Source: Candidatus Aenigmatarchaeota archaeon (lineage in GTDB: Archaea; Aenigmatarchaeota; Aenigmatarchaeia; GW2011-AR5). Taken from it: a stretch of 44,033 nt of DNA. The stretch is from positions 1 to 44,033 of the forward strand of contig JAGVVU010000033.1 in the NCBI GenBank assembly GCA_018304605.1. Direction: 5' to 3'. Shown here in pieces: positions 33,757 through 43,602 of the stretch; the stretch's first letter is position 1; each line of letters opens with the position of its first letter. Both the position numbers and the translations under genes were made by a program. The notes below the pieces were generated by a model. It was not told the origin of the DNA and made no database searches. It was given only the letters and a program-made list of their open reading frames with translations.

Positions 33757-33925
33757 CAAGGTGAAGTTCTTGACTTCACCTGTACAGGAAGAACCTTAGT
33801 TCTTCCTCGTATTATCCTAGAATGCATTGAATACTGCGGTCTAAAGACCGCAGATGAAACTCAATGCATTCTGGATGCCATGTTCCCAGATACCCATGGC
33901 TTTAGCCATGGGTTATAAGGAACAT
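33757..33925. repeat. cluster of four perfect or nested hairpins, including the ATACTGCGGNCTAAAGNCCGCAGAT module
   Basis: aggtgaagt/acttcacct, aggaagaac/gttcttcct, agaatgcattga/tcaatgcattct enclosing ctgcggtc-taaa-gaccgcag, and atgttcc/ggaacat enclosing acccatggc-ttta-gccatgggt. Confidence 0.6.
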
Positions 33926-33983
33926 ATCATCAACCTTACTTGAGTGAGAAGTTTTAAAAAGGTTGAATCCGGCCGCTAATAAT

Positions 33984-34718
33984 TCACTCGTGGAGAATTT
34001 TATGGAATTCTGGATAGTGATCTTTGAACTCGCCCGGCTCCCTGCAGTCTGCCGCCGCTTCCCACGGATATACCTTCCATGTCGGGCTTACTTCTTCCAC
34101 GAAAAAGTCCGGTACTTCGCCCGTTATTGTTTCAGATTTCTTCCAGTGGATTGCCGCCATCAGAACCCTGACTCCAGAATCTAAAGGCGGGATTTCATCG
34201 TTTGACATCCGGACTTCCAGGGGATATTCGTGCCCGTTTGCTTCCATCCGGAAAATGCATCTTGAATGGCCGTTTCTTTGATCTGTATGAGTTGCATCCC
34301 TTTTTCTCAGGCCGTTCCTTAGAACGTGCCTAATTCCATGCTGCGTCCTGCCGGAATCCACAACTTCGTCAATGACACAGGCTGTAGAATACGGATGTTC
34401 CTTCAGATACCATGCAAGCTCTTCCATGTTATAAAGTTTGACGCCTTTTTCCTGTTTCCCTATGCCAGTTTTCGGATCGGACGTATACGATTTTCCCGCT
34501 ATTGAATAAGTGTGATGCCTTATGCCATAACCTTCCATGCCGCCCGTAACAATACAAGCCACATATGTTCCGCCCCGCCATGTGCCGATAAACGCATTCG
34601 GAACATGTTCATCGTCGCCGGGGTCGAAATTCCCATGATCTCGTAAAATTCTTGCCAGGCGCAAAGAATCATTTACGGTCTTATCAGTTTGGTAGTAAGT
34701 CTTGTCAGGCACAGACAT
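33984..34718 (-). CDS. phosphoribosyltransferase-fold protein
   Basis: PRPP-binding loop ACVIDEVVDSGRT. Specificity unknown. Confidence 0.6.
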   Translation of the reverse strand: MSVPDKTYYQTDKTVNDSLRLARILRDHGNFDPGDDEHVPNAFIGTWRGGTYVACIVTGGMEGYGIRHHTYSIAGKSYTSDPKTGIGKQEKGVKLYNMEELAWYLKEHPYSTACVIDEVVDSGRTQHGIRHVLRNGLRKRDATHTDQRNGHSRCIFRMEANGHEYPLEVRMSNDEIPPLDSGVRVLMAAIHWKKSETITGEVPDFFVEEVSPTWKVYPWEAAADCREPGEFKDHYPEFHKILHE

Positions 34719-34750
34719 ACTTCAACTAAAAAACCAAATTTCTTAAAGTT

Positions 34751-34797
34751 GAGCTTTTCTTTGTAAAAGAAAATCTCAAGCAAAAGAAAATATTATG
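34751..34797 (+). promoter_or_regulatory. palindrome gag-c-ttttcttt gta aaagaaaa-t-ctc plus aaaagaaaatattatg (BRE/TATA-like) upstream of lig
   Basis: Same composite cassette as 1567-1617 and 16073-16119. The lig ATG is at 34835. Confidence 0.45.
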
Positions 34798-34834
34798 AAT
34801 TTTGCTTAAAAACACTCTACTGTAATGCTTAGAT

Positions 34835-36377
34835 ATGAAATTCTCGCAGCTGGCTGACTTGTACGAGCGGCTTGACGGCACAACCAAGAAGCTCGAAAAA
34901 AGGGACATTCTTGCCGAGTTCTATAAAAAGTGCGCCGACACCGAGCTGTACAAGGCTGTCGTGCTCTCGACGGGAACCGTATTCCCCCGGGGCGAGCAGG
35001 AGCTTGGCCGCTGAGAAGCTCATGGAGAAAAGGAAACAGGTTGCGCTGGCAAAGCGCGAGCTGACAACAGACCAGGTTTTTGACAACCTGCGCAAGCTGC
35101 CGTCCATTGCCGGGCAGGGCAGCCAGGACAAGAAGATCGGGCTGATTGCAGAACTGCTTTCAGCCGCGAGCCCGAAGGAAGCAAGATACATCGTCCGCAC
35201 TGCGCTTGGCCAGATGAGAATAGGAGTTGCAGCTGGAATAGTGAGAGACGCGATAGCAAAGGCATTTGACAAGGAACCGAAAGAGATAGAGAGAATATAT
35301 GATATTTTAGGCGACTTCGGAAAAGTCGCTGAAATGGCAAAACGCGGGAAATTGAAAGCGGAAATTATAGTCGGCATTCCGCTGCGCGTCATGCTTGCAG
35401 ACCGCGCTGCTGACCTGAAAGAGGCGATGGAAAAGTTCGAACATGTCGCTATCGAAACAAAATATGACGGCTTCCGCGTGCAGATACACAAGAATAACAA
35501 TGATGTCAGGATTTTTTCGCGCAGGATGGATGATGTCACGAGGCAGTTTCCTGACATGGCTGCGATGGCGAAGGAAGGAATAAAGTGCGGGCAGTGCATT
35601 GTCGAGGGCGAGGCATTGGCGATAAAGGCAGGGCGCCCGCAGCCGTTTCAGTTGTTGTCAAAGAGGATACAGCGTAAATATCATATAGAGAGGATGGTAA
35701 AGGAGATTCCTGTACAGGTAAACTTGTTTGACCTCCTGTATATTGACGGCGAGACTTACATGAACCAGCCACTGGCTGAAAGATGGAGCGCGCTAAAGAA
35801 AGCAGTAAAGGAAAGCAAATCTTTCAGGCTTGCTGATCACATAGAGACAAAAGATTTCGCCGTCGCGAACAAATTTTACAAGAGTTCCATAGCATCTGGG
35901 CAGGAAGGCGTTATTGTAAAAAACAGTACTGCGCATTATCAGCCCGGCAAGCGCGTTGGGTACTGGCTAAAGGTCAAGGAGATACTTGACCCTCTGGACC
36001 TTGTTGTTGTCGGAGCGGAATGGGGAGAAGGACGCAGGGCCAGATGGTTTTCATCTGTGATACTTGCTGCGCGGGATAAAGGGAAGCTAGTAAGCACAGG
36101 CAGGATGGCTAGCGGCTTCACCGAAGAGCAGCTGGAAGAACTGACGAAGACGCTGAAACCGCTCATAATCGGCGAGGAAGGAAAAATAGCTGCAGTGAAG
36201 CCGAAGGTAGTATTGGAAATCGGATACGAAGAGCTGCAAAAGTCGCCCAAATACGAGTCCGGGTACGCAATGCGCTTCCCTCGTTTGCTAAATTTCAGGT
36301 CGGACAAATCTCCGGAGGACTGCACAACATTAAAAGAGATCGAAAAAATATACAGCTTGCAGAGAGGACGGAAATGA
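34835..36377 (+). CDS. lig: ATP-dependent DNA ligase, reading frame broken (needs a +1 shift near 35003-35014)
   Basis: The true N-terminus MKFSQLADLYERLDGTTKKLEKRDILAEFY...GTVFPRGEQELG is in frame 34835 and hits TGA at 35012. The rest (AAEKLMEK...GSQDKK...IETKYDGFRVQIH...EGVIVK...WLKVK...) is in the +1 frame (ORF 34872-36377). Confidence 0.85.
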
Positions 36378-36820
36378 ACGAACAAAAATTCCAGCTTGGC
36401 GTAAAAGCGCTCATAACAAACAGCAAGAAAGAAGTGCTGCTTTTGCGCGTCGACACGTCCCGCTTCAAAGACAAAAACAGCAACCTGTACTACTGGGACA
36501 TACCTGGGGGAAGAATTCAACAAGGACATACCATCGAAGGCACGTTATTGAGAGAAGTCGAGGAGGAAATCGGGACAAGCGCTATAAATGTAGAGAGCCA
36601 CTTCGATTCATTCATCTCGAACATCAAGATACCTCTTGGCAACAGAAAATTTGACGGCTTGATACTTTTTGTTTTCATCTGCAGGCTGAAAAATGCGAAG
36701 CAGAAAATCGCATTGAACGAGGAGAGCACTGAATACAGGTGGACTCCAATAAAAGAAGCGAAACAGCTCCTGACGCACAAGTATCCAAAATCGTTTATTG
36801 ACAAATTAGATTCGCTTTAG
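36374..36820 (+). CDS. NUDIX hydrolase
   Basis: Nudix box GGRIQQGHTIEGTLLREVEEEIG. 4-nt overlap with lig. Confidence 0.85.
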   Translation: MNEQKFQLGVKALITNSKKEVLLLRVDTSRFKDKNSNLYYWDIPGGRIQQGHTIEGTLLREVEEEIGTSAINVESHFDSFISNIKIPLGNRKFDGLILFVFICRLKNAKQKIALNEESTEYRWTPIKEAKQLLTHKYPKSFIDKLDSL

Positions 36821-36934
36821 AAAAACCGCCAATCACTGATCTTCGCAAATGAAAACTACGAGCGGCACTTGGGGCATTCTTCCGGCATCTCTCCCTCAAC
36901 GCGCGCAGCGCAGGTCATGCACTGCCACGTCGGC

Positions 36935-37294
36935 TTATTTTCTTCGGGCATCCGTAACGAATATCGTACTTATCCTATATAATAACATGCCTGCCATGCC
37001 CCAGAGGAAAGGCAGCCACATCGGTATTCCGAGAACCGTTGGGTTCGAATAACTCCACACGCCGAAATATATTGCGGCCATCTCGCCGACGGGACCGAAG
37101 ACAGCCGAGACGATATAGACCTGGACGTCCTTTTTGCCGTGCCATATCTTTATCGCGAACATCCACGATATGAAAAGAATCCCGGTGAGCAGGATGTTGT
37201 TCTTGTAGAAAAGAATGGTCGAGCCGATGCCAACCAAATAAAAGATTGTTTCGTAGAATATCTCCCTTTTGTTCTTCTCAATCAGCCTGAGCAT
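36935..37294 (-). CDS. membrane protein (119 aa, 3-4 TM helices)
   Basis: Hydrophobic helices. No family recognised. Confidence 0.55.
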   Translation of the reverse strand: MLRLIEKNKREIFYETIFYLVGIGSTILFYKNNILLTGILFISWMFAIKIWHGKKDVQVYIVSAVFGPVGEMAAIYFGVWSYSNPTVLGIPMWLPFLWGMAGMLLYRISTIFVTDARRK

Positions 37295-37322
37295 GATCTA
37301 ATTTATCGTTCTTGCTATTTAT

Positions 37323-39047
37323 CTATTTCACACTTACGCATTTGGCCAAATTGCGCGGCCTGTCAATCGGCAGACCTTTCTCTTTAGCAATGTGATACGC
37401 AAGCAACTGCCCAGCCACTGCCGCCTCTATCGAGAACGGGAGCTTGTTGCGCGCCGAGATTCTTATTGCCTCGCCGAAGCGGTCGTCATCCCGGTTCGTG
37501 ATTGCTATTATCCTCCCGCCGCGCGCCTTTACCTCCATCACATTGGAGATTATCTCCGGCTTATTGTCGATGAGCGCTATGACTGGCGTACCCTTCTCGA
37601 TGAGCGCGAGCGTGCCGTGCTTCAGCTCGCCGCCCATCATGCCTTCGGCATGTATGTATGAGATTTCCTTTATCTTCAGCGCAATCTCGCGGGCTACAGG
37701 GTACAAGTAGCCGCGGCCTATGATGTAGATGTCGCCGCTTTTTGCAATGGATTTGGCGATTCTTTTTATCTTCTCCTCTTCCGAGAGGACGTTCCTGATG
37801 TCCTCAGGAATTTTAGAGAAATCCTTTTCATAGCCGAACAGCGACGCGAGATAAGTAAGAGCGATGACTTGGTTCACGAATGACTTCGTAGCCGCAACGC
37901 ATATTTCCTGGCCGGCTTCTATGTTTATTGAGACGTTGCTCATTCTTTGTATTGTTGAGTAGGGAACGTTCACCAATGAGGCTATCCTTGCGCCCTTCGA
38001 TTTCATCCCGTGGAGCGCTTCTATGACATCCATTGTCTCGCCGCTTTGGGTAACGGCTATGATAAGCGTTTTATCATCTACAAGATAGAAGTTCCTGAAT
38101 TCACTTGCTATTATTGCATGCGCCTCGATGCCTGCCTTATTCAGAAAGTAAACCCCGAGAAGCGCGGCGTGATATGATGTTCCGGAAGCCACAAAGACGG
38201 TACGCTTCGCCGAAGAGATCATTTGTTTCAACTTTTCCAACTCAGGCATCTGCTCCGTCTGCAGGGAATTGACAAGGCGCCCGGCAACTTCGGGCTCCTC
38301 GTAAATCTCCTTGATCATGTAGTGGTCAAAATTTTTCTTCTCCTCTGTACCCGACCACTTTACTTTGGTTATTGCCTTGCTTACCGGATTTAAAATTCCA
38401 TTGTCCAGCCTGTAAAACTCATAGCCGCTCTCGTTCACTATTGCGAATTCGTCCTCGTTGAAGAAGATTGTCTTATCTGTCCTGTCGGAAAATGCGTAAA
38501 TGTCGCTTGCGAGAACATTCCCGCCCTCCAGCAGGCCTAGCGAGAGAGGAGACCCCCTCTTGAACGCATAAAGATTTTTGTCGCCTCGTATCATTAGAAC
38601 TATCGCAAATGTCCCCTCAGCTTCATTCATGAAGTCCAAGACAGATTCTTTCACGGACTTTGTCTTGGTTTTCTCCTCAAAATAGTGCGCAACAACTTCC
38701 GTATCAGTTTCGCTGACAAATTTATGCCCGACCAGACGCTTCTTGAAATCCAGGTAGTTTTCCAGGATTCCGTTATGGACCAAAAATATATTTCCCGAGC
38801 AGTCGGAATGCGGATGCGCGTTTTCCTTCGTTACCCCGCCTGTTGTTGCCCATCTTGTATGCGCCACCGCCTGCGTGCATTTATTCTCCACGACGGGTTT
38901 AACTTCTCCGACTTCTTTCTCAAACAGGCCTGAATTGGTAACTATTCCAAACGAATCGTAACCCCTGTATTCCAGGCGCTTCAGCATATTGATTACTTCG
39001 TTGCTGCTAAAATTATCTTGACTGACTAATCCGATTATCCCGCACAT
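37323..39047 (-). CDS. glmS: glutamine--fructose-6-phosphate aminotransferase
   Basis: N-terminal MCGIIG (Ntn amidotransferase), two SIS domains, and C-terminal ...RPRNLAKCVSVK. Confidence 0.95.
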   Translation of the reverse strand: MCGIIGLVSQDNFSSNEVINMLKRLEYRGYDSFGIVTNSGLFEKEVGEVKPVVENKCTQAVAHTRWATTGGVTKENAHPHSDCSGNIFLVHNGILENYLDFKKRLVGHKFVSETDTEVVAHYFEEKTKTKSVKESVLDFMNEAEGTFAIVLMIRGDKNLYAFKRGSPLSLGLLEGGNVLASDIYAFSDRTDKTIFFNEDEFAIVNESGYEFYRLDNGILNPVSKAITKVKWSGTEEKKNFDHYMIKEIYEEPEVAGRLVNSLQTEQMPELEKLKQMISSAKRTVFVASGTSYHAALLGVYFLNKAGIEAHAIIASEFRNFYLVDDKTLIIAVTQSGETMDVIEALHGMKSKGARIASLVNVPYSTIQRMSNVSINIEAGQEICVAATKSFVNQVIALTYLASLFGYEKDFSKIPEDIRNVLSEEEKIKRIAKSIAKSGDIYIIGRGYLYPVAREIALKIKEISYIHAEGMMGGELKHGTLALIEKGTPVIALIDNKPEIISNVMEVKARGGRIIAITNRDDDRFGEAIRISARNKLPFSIEAAVAGQLLAYHIAKEKGLPIDRPRNLAKCVSVK

Positions 39048-39049
39048 GA

Positions 39050-40258
39050 TTATTCACCTGTTTTCTCGAGACGTTGCGACGGCATCTCCTCTTCATTCCT
39101 CGGAGTGCCATACTTGCTCAACGGAACCTCGCTCTTGATGTCGTCCTCGATTGTCATGCAGGCAGGCACCAGCAGGTTTGGCCATATGCGCTTGCCCGGC
39201 ATGACAGTCACGCGCGTGCCGAATTTCACATTGTCGCCGACTATTGCGCCCAATTTGCGGCGTCCGCTGTCTACACGAACCCCGTTGACCTCCATCTTCA
39301 CGTTCTTGTCATCGAGACGCAAATTCGCAAAGATTGTTCCGCCGCCGACGTTGCAGTTGCGCCCGATTATCGTCTCGCCTGCGTAGCTCAGGTGCGACAC
39401 GAATGAATTGTCCATTATTATCGAATTCTTTATCTCCACAGCCTGCCCGACCTTGCAGCCCCTGCCAATGGACGAGTATTTCCGTATGTAGCAGTTAGGG
39501 CCTATTATGCTGCCGGCGCCAATCGAGACGGGCTCCTCTATCACCGCTCCCGGCCTCAGTTCTACCGACCTGTCTATGCTAGAGCCGTACTTGTCGAGCA
39601 TGTGCCTGTTCGCGTCAAGAATATTCCACGGATATGTCAGCGGTATCCACGTCTTTATAGTATGATTCTTCACCTTCCCCTCGCCTATCAAAATTTTTAT
39701 CGCGTCCGTAAGCTCGTATTCACCGCGCGGCGACAGCGGAATGCTCCTAAGCGCGACGAAGACCGACTTGTCCAGCAGGTAAAGCCCGCAATTGACAAGG
39801 TCCGACTTTGGATGCCCGGGCTTTTCTTCCAGGCTGATGACATGCCCGTCCCTGACCTCCAGCACGCCGTATGCTTTTGGATTATCAGACACGAACGAGC
39901 TCATAACAATCCCGTCCATTTCCGACACGGCCTTTATGTCGTCCTCGCCATAGATGTCGTCGCCGTAAATCATGAGGAATTTGCCGTCGACGAGCTGCTC
40001 TGCCTGAATGAGGGCGTGCCCGGTGCCCAGTGCCTGCTCCTGGAAGACCAGCCTCACTTTCTTCTCGTTGATGAACTCGCTTATTATATCGCGCTGGCTC
40101 TCGTTGACGACCAGTATTATCTCTTCGCAGAAATCAAGGAAGCTGCATGTCCACCTCAGCAGGGGCTTGTTTGCGACAGGTATCATTCCCTTGCTCATCG
40201 TAACCGTGAGCGGAAGCATGCGCGTGCCTTTGCCCGCCGCGAGCACTACTGCTTTCAT
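39050..40258 (-). CDS. glmU: bifunctional sugar-1-phosphate nucleotidylyltransferase/acetyltransferase (archaeal GlmU-type)
   Basis: MKAVVLAAGKGTRMLPLT and a C-terminal left-handed beta-helix hexapeptide repeat region. Lies 2 nt upstream of glmS. Confidence 0.85.
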   Translation of the reverse strand: MKAVVLAAGKGTRMLPLTVTMSKGMIPVANKPLLRWTCSFLDFCEEIILVVNESQRDIISEFINEKKVRLVFQEQALGTGHALIQAEQLVDGKFLMIYGDDIYGEDDIKAVSEMDGIVMSSFVSDNPKAYGVLEVRDGHVISLEEKPGHPKSDLVNCGLYLLDKSVFVALRSIPLSPRGEYELTDAIKILIGEGKVKNHTIKTWIPLTYPWNILDANRHMLDKYGSSIDRSVELRPGAVIEEPVSIGAGSIIGPNCYIRKYSSIGRGCKVGQAVEIKNSIIMDNSFVSHLSYAGETIIGRNCNVGGGTIFANLRLDDKNVKMEVNGVRVDSGRRKLGAIVGDNVKFGTRVTVMPGKRIWPNLLVPACMTIEDDIKSEVPLSKYGTPRNEEEMPSQRLEKTGE

Positions 40259-40265
40259 TATCGGC

Positions 40266-40346
40266 CCCTTTCTTGAGTGTTGAAAGACGCTTTAGCGTCA
40301 TTCGGTTCAGGTCTCGATGAACCCCAAAGAACATAGGTTTCTGAAG
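40266..40346 (-). repeat. conserved 5'-leader element L2 (homologous to 7848-7936)
   Basis: Begins 7 nt upstream of the glmU ATG, the same spacing as L1. Contains the hairpin gacgc-ttta-gcgtc. Confidence 0.65.
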
Positions 40347-40435
40347 ACCTCATCTTTGATATTATTTTATGATTCATCCGATTCTTTTGACTTGAGTCTT
40401 TAAGAAATGTCTATTAAAAGTTTTATACTAGTGAT

Positions 40436-41314
40436 ATGAATATTCTTTTAGTAGTTGATAGCATGCAGGTTGTCAAGGAATTGAACGGCAAGATGATGGC
40501 AATAAACGCCGAGGAGAAGCAGATTTTCAGCGGGCTGGCCCTAAAGATAATGAGGTCGCTTTCCGAGGGCGAGAAATATCCGAAGCAGATCTCGCGCGAG
40601 CTGAAGATCAATGAGCAGAAAATCTATTACCACGTAAGGCAACTGGAGAAAAAAGGCTTCGTGAAGATAACGAGGAAAGAAGAGAAGAGCGGCGCCCTTG
40701 CGAAGCTGTACAAGCTCTCGAGCCCGGCGTTCGTTGCACGTTTTGGCGAGTTCCGGGAGGCCAGGAGGATTCCAAGGAGCGGATTCGAGCCGTTCATAAA
40801 AAACGGACTCTTCAGTGCAAAGATAATAGTGGGCTCGCCGGATCCCCACGGTCCGGAAAAGGCGAGGAGCAGGGACATAACCTTTGCTGTCGACCTGGCG
40901 CTCTTTCTTGGCACATTCCTCGCAAAAGTCGAGGCGCCTGCAGTGATAGAGGACAAGGACACGCGCTCCGAAGACCTTCGCAATAATTTAATCGTAATCG
41001 GCGGCCCTGTAACGAACAAGGTCATGAAAATGGTAAATGAAAAGCTGCCGGTAAGATTTGACGCAAAGAAGAATATAATTTCAAAAAACAAAGTCTACAA
41101 AAATGATGACTGCGGGTTCATAGCGAAAGCAGACAGCCCGTTCGGGCCCGGCAAGATATTGGTCATAGCAGGAAAACGCTACAGCGGGACAAAGGCGGCT
41201 GTACTGGCTTTTATCAGGCATTTCGACAGCATAGAAAACAAGAATTTCACGGTCGTTGAGGGACTGGACAACGACGGAGACGGGGAGATTGACGGCGTAA
41301 GAATACTCGAGTAA
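40436..41314 (+). CDS. ArsR-type winged-helix regulator with an uncharacterised C-terminal domain
   Basis: ILRSLSEGEKYPKQISRELKINEQKIYYHVRQLEKKGFV is HTH-like. TATA aaaagttttatac lies upstream. Confidence 0.55.
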   Translation: MNILLVVDSMQVVKELNGKMMAINAEEKQIFSGLALKIMRSLSEGEKYPKQISRELKINEQKIYYHVRQLEKKGFVKITRKEEKSGALAKLYKLSSPAFVARFGEFREARRIPRSGFEPFIKNGLFSAKIIVGSPDPHGPEKARSRDITFAVDLALFLGTFLAKVEAPAVIEDKDTRSEDLRNNLIVIGGPVTNKVMKMVNEKLPVRFDAKKNIISKNKVYKNDDCGFIAKADSPFGPGKILVIAGKRYSGTKAAVLAFIRHFDSIENKNFTVVEGLDNDGDGEIDGVRILE

Positions 41315-41986
41315 TCAGCCCTGGCGGTACGCCATGCTTTCCTGCATCCTGTGCACCGCTTTCGCGCCCGGTCCTGCTGCGGAGGCTCCTGAATCTTTGC
41401 CACGAACCGGCCCGCCGATTTCAAATCCAAGTTCTCCGGCAAGCAACAGGGCATCTATTTCCCTCTGGTTTTCCGCAACGTCACACTTGTATAAAAATTC
41501 ACCATCATCCCCAACTAATGCATGTGCGAATATGCCCTCTTCGCCAGCTATGCCGATTTCATTGCCGATGCGGATCCAAGAGGTCCTGTATAATTCCCTG
41601 TCAAGTCCGCATTTTAGCCTGAACAGCCTCGTTTCGGGTCTTTCTGGATGCAGCGGCATCAACCATTCGGGAGTTTCAAACGAGAACGTTCTCGAAGCGC
41701 TTTTGTATTCATTGTCGGAGGGCAAGATCAATCCGTCTGGATCGACAGGGTAACTGGCGCTGACATGAAGGACAACATCCCTGCCTATCAGGATGCGCGA
41801 GACGGAGCTTTCCGAGCCTACCACAAGCTCGTCGAATTCTCCTTCATACCCACCCAGTTCTGCCATGTTCCTTGCCACATATGGCTCGACAAACGTCCCA
41901 TGATGCTGCGCAGCCACGGATGCGAACGGATGAAATTTTTCCAGAAAAAAACTTAGGATACCTTTTCCCGAGTAAGAATCAGCCAT
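41315..41986 (-). CDS. hypothetical protein (223 aa)
   Basis: Long ORF downstream of tfb on the same strand. No family recognised. Confidence 0.5.
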   Translation of the reverse strand: MADSYSGKGILSFFLEKFHPFASVAAQHHGTFVEPYVARNMAELGGYEGEFDELVVGSESSVSRILIGRDVVLHVSASYPVDPDGLILPSDNEYKSASRTFSFETPEWLMPLHPERPETRLFRLKCGLDRELYRTSWIRIGNEIGIAGEEGIFAHALVGDDGEFLYKCDVAENQREIDALLLAGELGFEIGGPVRGKDSGASAAGPGAKAVHRMQESMAYRQG

Positions 41987-41994
41987 AAAATCGC

Positions 41995-42927
41995 CTATAC
42001 GACTTCCTCTTCCTTTGCCTTCTTCTCGACTTCTTCCTCTATGTCGAGCGCCTCCGCCATTTCCTTGTATCGGTTGCGTATCGTGACTTCCGTCACGCCT
42101 ACGACATCAGCAACTTCCCTCTGCGTCTTCCTCTCGCCTTCAAGCACGCTGGCGATGTAGATAGCCGCAGCCGCGCATCCGCACGGGCCTTTTCCAGAAA
42201 TAACATCCTTTTCCTTTGCAGTCTTCAATATCTTTATCGCCCTCATCTGGGTGCGGTCTGAAAGCTTGAGCATTGAGCTGAACCTTGGGATGTAGCTCTC
42301 CGCTCTTGCCGGCAGTATTCTTATGTCCAACTTTCTTGAAATATACCTGTAAGTCCTTCCCAGTTCACGCTTTCCTATACCGGAAGCCTGGGATATTTCA
42401 GTAAGTGTCCTCGGTGTTTCGTATTCGCGGGACAATGAATATACAAGAGCTGCGATTATTGACTCAATGGAGCGGCCTCTTACCAGGCTCTTCTGCAGAG
42501 CCTTCTCGTAGAGCTTGGCAACTTCCTCGTGGAGCGTCTTCGGCAAACCAAGGAAACTTATCAGCCTTTGCAGCTCGCTCAGCGCGAAGGACATGTTTCT
42601 GTCCTTGCTTGTAAGCAATCTCTTCTGCCACTTGCGGATACGGAAGAACTGAGAGCGCTTCTTTGCAGGCACCTTGAACAGTTCCGTGGTGCCTTTTCCG
42701 ATTTCCGTGGTCAGCCCCTTGTCGTGGCGCTTGTGCGTGAGCGGTGCGCCCGTTCTTGCACGCTTCACTTTCTGGTCGTGGTCAAAAGCACGCCACTCCT
42801 GCCCCGTGTCGACCATAGATTCCTCTAAAACAAGCCCGCACTTTGCGCAGACCTTTTCCGCCTTTTCCGGGTCTCTATAGAAGTGCTTGGAACCGCACTC
42901 GGGACATTTTTCGAGCATTTTTACCAC
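41995..42927 (-). CDS. tfb: transcription initiation factor TFB
   Basis: N-terminal zinc ribbon CPECGS...CAKCGLV, B-reader GQEWRAFD, and two cyclin-fold repeats. Confidence 0.95.
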   Translation of the reverse strand: MVKMLEKCPECGSKHFYRDPEKAEKVCAKCGLVLEESMVDTGQEWRAFDHDQKVKRARTGAPLTHKRHDKGLTTEIGKGTTELFKVPAKKRSQFFRIRKWQKRLLTSKDRNMSFALSELQRLISFLGLPKTLHEEVAKLYEKALQKSLVRGRSIESIIAALVYSLSREYETPRTLTEISQASGIGKRELGRTYRYISRKLDIRILPARAESYIPRFSSMLKLSDRTQMRAIKILKTAKEKDVISGKGPCGCAAAAIYIASVLEGERKTQREVADVVGVTEVTIRNRYKEMAEALDIEEEVEKKAKEEEVV

Positions 42928-43265
42928 GCCACATTCCTACATGACGCTCATGACCCTTCACGAACGGCATGCAGAACACAAAAATCATTGAACTTTGTCA
43001 TTTATCACTTACTTGAAGTAACATCTTGGCTTCTTTCTCCAAACCATTACTTTACGCCGTAAAGTATTTAAAGGTTTGTGGCTTTTATAGGTGGTTTTTA
43101 AATATCCATCGGATTCTGGGCACTGGTGCATAAAGTGTTGCTTTTTGGACTTATGAGCTGATTGTTGCGTGTTTGAGCACAAAAACGCCCACCACATACA
43201 TGGCAGATTCGGCTGTTTTACTCTGATTTGCCTAAAATTAACCGGGCGTTGCAGATTTGGTGATT

Positions 43266-43364
43266 TTTATTGCAATGAATGCAGCTAGTTTAATACTACG
43301 ACCTTCAGGTCGTTCATATTAAACTGCATTCTTGCAAAAATACTGCGGGCTAAAGCCCGCAGAT
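43266..43364 (+). repeat. 99-bp structured direct repeat F1
   Basis: Identical to 43935-44033 except for the loop of the terminal hairpin (taaa versus ttta). Long hairpin 43270-43337 plus ctgcgggc-taaa-gcccgcag. Confidence 0.85.
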
Positions 43365-43422
43365 AAAAACAACTATACAAATAGAAAATAAGACAAGAGA
43401 CAGACTCAAGAGTATTGGTTCT

Positions 43423-43551
43423 ATGGAAGACACATATGATTCTCTTCTTGAAAGACTCATTGAGTTTTATGAGGAAGCAAAGAGAAACGATTATTTCGTC
43501 GAGACCCAGCACAGGATAGCCAAGGGCGGCAAGTTCACGGAGCTGGCTTAA
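43423..43551 (+). CDS. hypothetical 42-aa ORF upstream of the RelE-like gene (possible antitoxin; weak)
   Basis: The only plus-strand ORF between F1 and relE. Helical and acidic. 63-nt gap to the toxin containing the 8-bp perfect palindrome ggaatatt-ttc-aatattcc (43557-43575). Confidence 0.3.
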   Translation: MEDTYDSLLERLIEFYEEAKRNDYFVETQHRIAKGGKFTELA

Positions 43552-43602
43552 TGCAAGGAATATTTTCAATATTCCGGCATAGCATAACTATTCTTTTATG
43601 AG

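Noticed and set aside
35012-35014. UGA recoding (sense or read-through) as the explanation for the interrupted ligase
   Set aside because: The downstream ligase sequence is in a different frame, so read-through would not restore it. Many other genes in the window end cleanly in TGA.
34829-35599. 256-aa minus-strand ORF
   Set aside because: It is antisense to the DNA ligase gene and has a Ser/Ala/Leu-rich composition typical of antisense frames.
39602-40276. 224-aa plus-strand ORF
   Set aside because: It is antisense to glmU and has no motifs.
41405-41440. T-loop-like gatttcaaatcc suggesting a tRNA
   Set aside because: No acceptor or anticodon stems can be drawn, and it lies inside a long ORF.
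43285-43569. 94-aa minus-strand ORF
   Set aside because: It runs through repeat F1 and is antisense to the small ORF upstream of relE. It has a low-complexity hydrophobic composition and no start context.
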